Source of the DNA: Candidatus Bathyarchaeia archaeon
Lineage (GTDB): Archaea > Thermoproteota > Bathyarchaeia > Bathyarchaeales > Bathycorpusculaceae
Assembly (NCBI GenBank): GCA_049521795.1
Contig: JBEKOM010000011.1
Location: 39,634 to 103,633, forward strand
Direction: 5' to 3'
DNA length: 64,000 nt
Shown: positions 57,068 through 64,000 of the stretch, one piece after another
Layout: every line of letters begins with the position of its first letter
Numbering within the stretch: the stretch's first letter is position 1
Translations under genes and position numbers: made by a program
The notes under the pieces: generated by a model
Seen by the model: only the letters and a program-made list of their open reading frames with translations
The model's database searches: none
What the model was told of the DNA's origin: nothing

Positions 57068-57676
57068 TTAAGCTGCTGGTTTTTCTTCAGCCTTAGCCTT
57101 GACTTCTAGCGACCCGGCCTGTGCTGTACACACTACTGATTGAACCACGGTATCCTTGTTGAGCTCAGCAGGGTCTTTTTCCTCTGTAGATGGCGACTCT
57201 TCCAAGAATCTGACTTCTTGCTGAGTAGCTTCGGTTTCCTGCGATAGCTGTTCAGGCTCTCGGTCCATCGTCAACTCGCCACCGGCGAGCTCGTCTGCCG
57301 CTTCCTTTACTTCGTCTAGTTCATGTTTCGTTGTTTCAAGTCCCACAGAAAGAAGGTCGTTCTCCCGCTGATAGACCTGGTCATCAATCTCACCTGTCAC
57401 GTGTCCAATTTCAAAGTTTGCAATAAGAACCTCCAGAGTTTTCACCTGTCCCTCGAGTTCAACTACTTTAGCAGCCATCTTCTCCAGCAAGGCCTTTTCT
57501 TCCTTCTCGACTTCTGCGAGCGCATCTTCTATCTCTCGATTGAAAACGTCGAAAGTCGACTGCGAAATTCTGCCCTTTTTCAGCAAATTGTCCAAAGCTT
57601 GTTTCTTTTTCCTCGCCACTTCGTATTCTTCGCTTAATCTCTTAAAAGAATGCTTCCACGAGATCAATTTCAGCAC
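57068..57676 (-). CDS. Orphan CdvA-like coiled-coil protein lacking the PRC barrel
   Basis: RKKKQALDNL..KGRISQSTF and FEIGHVTGEIDDQVY align with CdvA RKDQALKDL..KKKISKEMY and LELEHEIGKLDNQSY. Confidence 0.7.
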   Translation of the reverse strand: MLKLISWKHSFKRLSEEYEVARKKKQALDNLLKKGRISQSTFDVFNREIEDALAEVEKEEKALLEKMAAKVVELEGQVKTLEVLIANFEIGHVTGEIDDQVYQRENDLLSVGLETTKHELDEVKEAADELAGGELTMDREPEQLSQETEATQQEVRFLEESPSTEEKDPAELNKDTVVQSVVCTAQAGSLEVKAKAEEKPAA

Positions 57677-57943
57677 CGTGCAACTTTCTCGATTCGAAGT
57701 GACAAATAACCTTTGTTAATATGCAGATATATCGCAGACTGTTAAAAATGGCTTCTTTCGCCATTTACTAGAAAGATTGAGGTCTAAAAACGATGCCCAA
57801 ATGGTCTTATCTAGCCTTGAAAAGAGCAATATGTACAGGCGCCGAACGAGGCCGCTCACCTTCCCTATGAAAGGAATGAACCTAATAGAAACACTAAAGA
57901 ACACCTTCCCTGCCTCTCTGTAAGCGAAAGATCAGCCCAGAAT

Positions 57944-58042
57944 GGGCCCGTAGCTCAGTAAGGACAGAGCACCGGGCTTTTAAGCAAAAAGCTTTGCGCG
58001 GAAACCCGGGGGTCCCGGGTTCAATTCCCGGCGGGCCCGCCA
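57944..58042 (+). tRNA. tRNA-Lys(UUU) with 21-nt intron at 37/38 (57983-58003) and encoded CCA
   Basis: Acceptor GGGCCCG/CGGGCCC, D-arm GCTC/GAGC, anticodon stem CCGGG/CCCGG with CT-TTT-A, T-arm CCGGG-TTCAATT-CCCGG, G73-CCA. Confidence 0.92.
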
Positions 58043-58294
58043 TAGGACTCGACCCCTTTTGGGTACGGGTCCCAGCGAGACGAATCCTGGAAACGGTGCG
58101 AATCCTTATGGTTCTGCTTTTCTTTCGCATGCGCAAAATTAGCGCGCGCTTCTAGAGTTCTGCGGAAAGCGTCGCAAAATCCTTCGCAAAACCTGAAATC
58201 TGCATGTAATGGTTGAAAACGTCATTATTGAAAAGCCTTTTCAGATACTTGTTATTAACCTTCCAATGGTTTACTGTTATCAGAGGCGTTAAGT

Positions 58295-61200
58295 GTGGAG
58301 GAGATTCTGCATCAGGCAGAACGATTAGAAAAGGAGTATGACTGGCTTAAAGCTGCCGAGTCGTATGAGAAAGCGCTGAATCTGCTGCCTGAAGATGATT
58401 TCTTAAGTAAAGGCGAGATTCATGAGCGGCTGGGTTATGCTTTTTACCGTGCTGCATTTCAAGCTGAAAGCAATGATGAGTTTAGAGAGAGAATGCGCCA
58501 AGCCGTTGCAGGTTTTGAGAAGGCTAAGGAACTCTATCAAAAACTGAACGAACCAAAGAAAACGGGGATAATGCTTCATTGCGACGCCATGAATGCTTAC
58601 ATAGGTCACTGGCTTGCTTCGGACGTACCTGGGAAGAAGAGAAAGCTCAATGAATGTTGGAGGCTGACAAAGGAAGCTCTAAAGAGTTTCGAACAGACTG
58701 GAGATACCTCTCAATGTGGAAGAACCTACAACCAACTTTCAAGCAGCGTTGTCTTTGGATTCCCATTTGAGTGGGACTTTCAAACAAGAAAAACGATGAT
58801 TGGCGAAGCAGTGGAACATGGAGAGCAAACAATCAAGTCTCTCTCCTCAAATGAAGATAGCCTTGAACTTGCAAGAGCATACGCAAGAACAGCCCTCTAT
58901 CTAGAAGTTTTCGCCTTATATTTCTTGGACGCTGACGAGAAAAAAGCAAATTATCAACAAGCTCGCAACTATCGGGCAAGAGCCAAGGAAATATCCGAGG
59001 ATGTAGCCCTAAGTGAATTGACTTGGCCTATTTTTGGGTCTGAAGGGGTCTTCTGGGGCGGAGCCGCTGATGAAGCTGTGCCCAACCTTACGAAAGCCTT
59101 AGAGGATGGCAGAAAAACAAAGGACAAATTCACAATCGGCTGTGCGCTCGATTGGTTAGCATATCATACTTCCTACAAAGAAGGCGCAAGCCAAGACCCT
59201 GATGAACGTCTGCGTCTTCACGAGGCGATATTGCAGTACGCCGAAGACGCTAAGCAACATTACTTCCCAATCTCCTTCACCAGTCCACGTGACGATGAAT
59301 ATTGGGTCGAAGACGTTGGCGCTAGAAGTTTCCGTTTTCTGGCCAGCCGTGAAACAGACGTGAAGAAGAAGCAAGCCTTGCTTGAAAAGGCAATAGTGGC
59401 CGCGAGAGAAGGACTGAAACGAGCTGAGGCTTCAGAGTACATCGAAGTCATAATGGAGGAGCATTTCGAATTCAGCTCTGCACTTGAAGACATAGCTCAG
59501 CTCGAAAGGAAGACAGAGGAGAAAAAGGCAATTCTGCGAGAGGCAATGAAACACGCGGAAGAGTCCGCTAGAATCATGGAAAATGTCCAGCAATTCAGTT
59601 ACTGGAATCGCGCAGTCTATCAAGGAAACCTGGCCAGCATTAGGCGGCGTCTCGCCGAGGTGGCAAGAGACACTCCGGAAGAAAAGAACTTGATCCAAGG
59701 AGCAATACTTGACTTAGAAAATGCGACGAGGCTTGGTCTGACCGAATTATCGATGGCCCCATCAATGGGCGGAACGGGCGCAATCGTGTTCTTTAGCGGT
59801 GCCGGTAACAGCCGTTATACGATTGGGAGACACTTTAATCGCCTGCACGAGATTACGAGTGACAGAGAGTTTCTGAGAAAAGCCTTGGAAGCCTTTGCTA
59901 AAGCAGTCGAATATTATCAAAAAATCGGTCTGAGAAGCCGAATTGCAGAGTGCCAATGGAAGGCCGCCACGACCTACGACCTACTAGGTGAGCATTTGAA
60001 GGCTGCTGAAGACTTTGCCCTTGCCTCAGACAACTACAAGAACGCTGCTGGAAATATCCCACAACTCAAAGACCTCTACCAAGATCAAGCTTCTTACATG
60101 CTGGCTTGGACCGAAATTGAGAAAGCAAGAGATCATCACGAGAGACAGGAGCATGACCTGGCAAAGGAACATTTCGAAAAAGCTGCCAACATACACAAAT
60201 CATTGAAACAATGGAGCTACTTGGCTCCAAACTATTTCGCCTGGACCCAACTGGAACAAGCAGAAGAGTTCAGCAGAAAGGAGCAAGACGAAGAAGCAAG
60301 AGAATTATTCGAACAAGCGGCAAGACTGTTTGATGAAACCAAGACATCAATCCAATCGCAGTTTGACAAGATCGAGAACGCTGACGAGAAACGAATGGCA
60401 ACCAACATGCTCAAGGCGACTGACATGAGACACGAATACTGCGAGGCCAGGATCTCGGTCGAAGAGGCGAAGATACTCGACAAGAAAGGCGATCACTACT
60501 CCAGCTCTAAGAAATACGGTTCGGCCGCTGAAACTTTTGAGGGAGTAAGCCAGAAACAAGAGTCAGAGCAAGAGAAGAGAGAAATGCAATTCATAACCGC
60601 ACTCTCTCGCGCTTGGCAAAAGATGACACTGGCCGAAGCGGAAGCGTCACCCACACTGTACGCCGAGGCGTCTGAAGTTTTCGAACAGGCTCGAGACTAC
60701 GCTTCGAATGAAAAAACAAAAATGCTAGTGCTGGGACACAGTCGATTCTGCAAGGCACTTGAAGCAGGTACAAGATTCGCCGACACGAGGGACCAAGAAT
60801 TGCATGTTCTAGCTGTACAGCATCTGGCAAGCGCCTCAAACTACTACATTAAGGCAGACGTGCAAACCGCTTCTGAATACTCTAAAGCTACCAAACTACT
60901 ATTTGACGCGTACGCGTACATGGACAACGCTGAAAAAGAAAAAGACCCAGATAAGAAAGCCAAGCTGTACGTTATGATTGAAAGAGTCCTTCAAACGTCG
61001 GCTGGTTCGTATACAAGAGCGGAACACCCTGAGAAGAGGGAACAAATACTGAAACTGTTGGATAAAGCAAAGGAGGAACAAGAATTAGCTGCCTCCATGA
61101 CAGAAGCGTTGCATGCGCCGTCAATCGTTTCTGCGACAACAGCTTTTGCCAGTCCCACACCTACCCAGGAGGAAGCAGTTGGTTCAGAAAGGTTTGAACA

Positions 61201-61594
61201 CGCTGACATACAGGCAAACCTGATAATTCGGCAGAGGGAATTGAAAATCGGGGAGAACCTCAGCATAGAGCTGGAGCTGGTAAATGCTGGGAAGGGTTCT
61301 GCCCTCTTGACTAAAGTCACGGAAATCATTCCTAAAGGGTTTGAACTTGCTGGAGAACCGGAGACTTGTCGAGTGGAGGATAGTTATATCAACTTGAAAG
61401 GAAAGCGCCTTGACCCGCTGAAGACAGAAGAAGTAAAGCTCGTTCTCAAGCCAACCTTGCAGGGAACGTTTTCACTAAAACCGACGGTGCTTTATCTGGA
61501 CGAAAACGGCAAGTACAAGTCACACCAACCTGACCCCGTAACGATAATTGTGAAAGAACTTGGAATAAAGGGCTGGCTAAAAGGAGAAAGATGA
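58295..61594 (+). CDS. Large TPR/alpha-solenoid protein with C-terminal Ig-like (CARDB/BatD-like) domain
   Basis: Repeated A...Y.KA helical motifs over ~950 aa; C-terminal beta-rich LELVNAGK...IP.GF...G.F.L.P.V.Y.D. Confidence 0.85.
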   Translation: MEEILHQAERLEKEYDWLKAAESYEKALNLLPEDDFLSKGEIHERLGYAFYRAAFQAESNDEFRERMRQAVAGFEKAKELYQKLNEPKKTGIMLHCDAMNAYIGHWLASDVPGKKRKLNECWRLTKEALKSFEQTGDTSQCGRTYNQLSSSVVFGFPFEWDFQTRKTMIGEAVEHGEQTIKSLSSNEDSLELARAYARTALYLEVFALYFLDADEKKANYQQARNYRARAKEISEDVALSELTWPIFGSEGVFWGGAADEAVPNLTKALEDGRKTKDKFTIGCALDWLAYHTSYKEGASQDPDERLRLHEAILQYAEDAKQHYFPISFTSPRDDEYWVEDVGARSFRFLASRETDVKKKQALLEKAIVAAREGLKRAEASEYIEVIMEEHFEFSSALEDIAQLERKTEEKKAILREAMKHAEESARIMENVQQFSYWNRAVYQGNLASIRRRLAEVARDTPEEKNLIQGAILDLENATRLGLTELSMAPSMGGTGAIVFFSGAGNSRYTIGRHFNRLHEITSDREFLRKALEAFAKAVEYYQKIGLRSRIAECQWKAATTYDLLGEHLKAAEDFALASDNYKNAAGNIPQLKDLYQDQASYMLAWTEIEKARDHHERQEHDLAKEHFEKAANIHKSLKQWSYLAPNYFAWTQLEQAEEFSRKEQDEEARELFEQAARLFDETKTSIQSQFDKIENADEKRMATNMLKATDMRHEYCEARISVEEAKILDKKGDHYSSSKKYGSAAETFEGVSQKQESEQEKREMQFITALSRAWQKMTLAEAEASPTLYAEASEVFEQARDYASNEKTKMLVLGHSRFCKALEAGTRFADTRDQELHVLAVQHLASASNYYIKADVQTASEYSKATKLLFDAYAYMDNAEKEKDPDKKAKLYVMIERVLQTSAGSYTRAEHPEKREQILKLLDKAKEEQELAASMTEALHAPSIVSATTAFASPTPTQEEAVGSERFEHADIQANLIIRQRELKIGENLSIELELVNAGKGSALLTKVTEIIPKGFELAGEPETCRVEDSYINLKGKRLDPLKTEEVKLVLKPTLQGTFSLKPTVLYLDENGKYKSHQPDPVTIIVKELGIKGWLKGER

Positions 61595-61656
61595 CCTAGT
61601 CACTAGTTTTGCGGAATCTGAGGGCGTGCACTTCTTCTCCAAAGCGCGCGCGTCAC

Positions 61657-61718
61657 GGGACTTGAACCCGTTTGGGTTCGAATCCCTAGGAGGTCTGAAC
61701 TCGTTCGAGTTCAAGCCC
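61657..61718. repeat. Two tandem ~30-nt palindromes made of tRNA T-arm-like halves
   Basis: GGGACTTGAACCC-GTTT-GGGTTCGAATCCC and GGTCTGAACTCG-TT-CGAGTTCAAGCC. Confidence 0.6.
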
Positions 61719-61877
61719 ATAAGAAATAGCGCGCTGCCTTTTCCCGAAATTAAGTTAATTCTTATTTTAGCAGGTAAGGGCTTCTTCAACCTGCAAAATC
61801 ATATATAAAACTTTAGGTTAAAACGGTAAGATTGAGCTGTGTCTAACCTCAAAATGTAACACACGGGGGGTGATATT

Positions 61878-62315
61878 TTGGCAAAAATAGAAAAGTCAAT
61901 CGAAATCAAAGCCTCGCCAGAAAAAGTCTGGCCCATGGTTTTATGGGATAGAATTCCGGAATGGTACGATGATTTCAAGAAGGTTCAGTATACTTCTAAA
62001 GAAAAGCACAAAGTAGGCTCAACCGTCCACGTAATCGCTGAAACAGCGGGCATGAAAGCGGAATGGGATGCTGAGATAACAGAAGCGATAGAGAATGAGA
62101 AGGGAGCATGGCGAACCACTGGTGGAAGCTTTACAGGTTTTGGGAGTGTTACTCTCAGTCCCACAAAAGCGGGAACTAAAGTAACCATTGCGATGGATTA
62201 TGAATTGCCCTATTCGGTTCTCGGCAAGCTAATCGACAAATTGCGGGTTCACAAAGCATTGGAGAAGGGCAATGAGAGAGGTTTGGAAAAGCTGAAAGGT
62301 ATGCTGGAGAAATAG
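61878..62315 (+). CDS. SRPBCC (polyketide cyclase/START-like) family protein
   Basis: IEKSIEIKASPEKVW...PEW, GTKVT..MDY.LP...LG...L.KLK..LE. Confidence 0.88.
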   Translation: MAKIEKSIEIKASPEKVWPMVLWDRIPEWYDDFKKVQYTSKEKHKVGSTVHVIAETAGMKAEWDAEITEAIENEKGAWRTTGGSFTGFGSVTLSPTKAGTKVTIAMDYELPYSVLGKLIDKLRVHKALEKGNERGLEKLKGMLEK

Positions 62316-62466
62316 AGACTTCTAAGGCGCGCTGAATTAACGCGCAGTTTTTTCTTTATTTAGCGCATGCGCATGGGTTATTTTGACAAAAGAAGTCGAA
62401 AAAAGACTGCTATTACATAAATACCTCCTGAAAACCTCGCGCGCGCACGGCAGTTCCCGTCGTCGT

Positions 62467-62506
62467 GGTTTGGTTGGTTGGGGTAAAGTTTTATCCCCAA
62501 ACCCAA
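62467..62506 (+). repeat. Dispersed intergenic repeat, copy 3 (hairpin form)
   Basis: GGTTTGGTTGGTTGGGGTAAAGTTTTATCCCCAAACCCAA. Confidence 0.75.
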
Positions 62507-62596
62507 CTGATACAAGTTCGTGGGGGACTGTTTAGTGTGAAATCCAAATGGTTATAAGAATATGATACTTTTGTTTGAACCAAACGAGTGGTCAAA

Positions 62597-63223
62597 ATGG
62601 TAGAGATTAAAGAAATGCCTTATGATGAGAAGTATTCGAGTATGCTTAGTTACTTGAAACTGTTGAACGATAATGTTTTGTCTTTCGTAGAGAAGGAGTT
62701 GGGTGCTCAGAAAGTCGCTGAGCTTGGAACTATTTGGCAAAATGGGATACAAACTATACCTGAAGACGCTACTTATGAGGAGAAGTATAACATAGGTTAC
62801 GGCAACTGGGTGCGAAAATACGTGAGTGCCTTCAATTTTGTAAGTGACAATCTGGGCGAGAACGGCGTTGAAAAGTTCAAAGACATGAGCGTTGAAGCAT
62901 TTAAACGGAAAAGCTCCAGTCCAGCCCTGTTCCTGCTGAGGCTAATGAGGGCAGTTTCGCCACAAACAGCTTTTCGAACATTTGCCAAGCAGATGTCCTA
63001 CCAATGGCAAGTGTTTACGCCCCTCTCCGTTTCGGAGTTGTCTGGAAACAGGCTCGTTGCCCATGCGAGCCCTTGCAAAATATTTGACTATTCTGACTCT
63101 GAAGTCTGCTGCACAGTCAGCTGCCAATACGTTAGCGCTCGCTGGCTAGAAGACCAATTTAAGCATAAGATGACGACGAACCTTCAAGGCAAGAATTGCA
63201 CAATAACCATCGATAGGAAGTAA
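62597..63223 (+). CDS. Hypothetical protein with C-terminal Cys cluster (V4R/ATC-hydrolase-like fold suspected)
   Basis: Internal repeat (M/I)P.D..YEEKY and LG...V; C-terminal PCK...CC..SC...C. Confidence 0.6.
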   Translation: MVEIKEMPYDEKYSSMLSYLKLLNDNVLSFVEKELGAQKVAELGTIWQNGIQTIPEDATYEEKYNIGYGNWVRKYVSAFNFVSDNLGENGVEKFKDMSVEAFKRKSSSPALFLLRLMRAVSPQTAFRTFAKQMSYQWQVFTPLSVSELSGNRLVAHASPCKIFDYSDSEVCCTVSCQYVSARWLEDQFKHKMTTNLQGKNCTITIDRK

Positions 63224-63243
63224 ATAGGTCAGCGCGCGCTTGT

Positions 63244-63327
63244 GAGGGGTAAGTTTTCTCTTCCTTTTACCCCTCGTTGTCTTTGGTTCATTTGTAGGGG
63301 TAAGTTTTTGATTGAATTTTACCCCTC
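63244..63327. repeat. Two tandem AGGGGTAA...TTACCCCT hairpins, variants of the dispersed repeat
   Basis: GAGGGGTAAG..TTACCCCTC at 63244-63275 and AGGGGTAAG..TTACCCCT at 63296-63326. Confidence 0.65.
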
Positions 63328-63480
63328 ATAGCATAAACTGACTTTCCTATCCTTGTCCTATCCTTTATCCTCTTCCACTAGTATGCAAATGTATCCTGAG
63401 CGTCCATTTGGAACCACAAGGAAGATACTTGTCCCTTAACCGTCCGTCGTCGTTGTTCGTGGTCGTAGTCCGTCGTCCGT

Positions 63481-63575
63481 TGGTTGGTTGGGGTAAAGTT
63501 TTATCTTTCTCTCTCTCTAAAAAAACACAAAAATAAAAAAAACACACACGCACACACAAGAGACAGACAAACTGG
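63481..63575 (+). repeat. Dispersed intergenic repeat, copy 4, with CT- and CA-rich tail
   Basis: TGGTTGGTTGGGGTAAAGTTTTATC (core 63490-63505) then CTCTCTCT, AAAATAAAA, ACACACGCACACA, GACAAACT. Confidence 0.75.
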
Positions 63576-63884
63576 CGCGCGCGCATATTTGCTTGCTAAG
63601 TTTCTGAGGAATGAACGGGAAACATGGGTTCCAAGAATAGCGAGCCTAGCCTAATGGAAATAAGCGGCGATATCTCCCGTATTCCCGCTTAACATAGATA
63701 TCGCCAATAAATAACGAAAAGACGAGACTTTTAAGGAATATGTCGAAAGTGTAGAACAGAAAAACATGAAATGAATCTTCACTTTTTGGTTTGGGAGTAA
63801 AAAAAGGAAATTGGTTTTGTTTACCTCTTAGGTGATGTAGTGTGGAGAAGGGTTGAGGTTTGAGCGAAGAACTCCATTATGGTT

Positions 63885-64000
63885 TCATGCAAAAGGGTTC
63901 CATACGTTAACTGAATACGTTGCAGGCACCATCATAGCCATGACTTTTGTGTAGAATTCAGTCATGAACTCTTTGTCTTGCATCAGTCTGTTCATGGCTT
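63885..64000 (-). CDS. 3' end of a hypothetical protein starting beyond the window
   Basis: Open frame AMNRLMQDKEFMTEFYTKVMAMMVPATYSVNVWNPFA-stop. Confidence 0.5.
   Translation of the reverse strand, partial: AMNRLMQDKEFMTEFYTKVMAMMVPATYSVNVWNPFA

Noticed and set aside
57894-58136. 80-aa ORF on the minus strand
   Set aside because: Antisense translation of the tRNA-Lys gene.
58043-61720. Intact integrated element with attL/attR at tRNA-Lys
   Set aside because: No integrase and no direct repeat of the tRNA 3' end in the window; the T-arm-like match at 61656 is inverted.
49396-63575. CRISPR array
   Set aside because: The repeats are dispersed, not regularly spaced with unique spacers, and no cas genes are present.
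280-63590. Frequent intergenic GCGCGC runs as a distinct element
   Set aside because: Recurrent (e.g. near 290, 16106, 49517, 58142, 61644, 62438, 63576) but too short to call without a statistical test; mentioned only as context for the repeat family.

Overview
Archaeal chromosomal window, most likely Bathyarchaeia (inferred from gene content: fwdDBAC-mch C1 genes, a TACK-type Cdv/ESCRT operon, tungsten AOR, split GMP synthase, intron-containing tRNA-Lys, large TPR-Ig protein). It holds about 60 credible CDSs: Zn/Mn ABC transporter + NikR-like regulator, glutamate dehydrogenase with a duplicated N-terminal extension, tandem Lrp genes, AOR/ferredoxin, soluble TfrAB-like fumarate reductase, P-type ATPase, guaAB/guaAA, cdvB-cdvA-cdvB-cdvC, mobB, three paralogous nucleotidyltransferases, CitG-like, fwdDBAC, mch, three ECF S-components, PPP phosphatase, RimK/MptN, fdhD, valS, nadX and an HDAC-PLP-GNAT operon. 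There is also a small AT-richer island with a frameshifted transposase remnant and several non-coding repeat/hairpin elements. Best candidate for an undescribed system: a TPP riboswitch (47125-47220, minus) whose 3' end is the Shine-Dalgarno of a four-gene operon (ECF-S, SAM methyltransferase, PurM/ThiL-like ATPase, and a ThiE-fold protein lacking the pyrophosphate-binding residues), i.e. a putative new thiamine or thiamine-analogue salvage route. Second: the triple-nucleotidyltransferase/ECF-S/CitG cluster around fwd-mch. All calls come from reading motifs by eye; no database searches were run.
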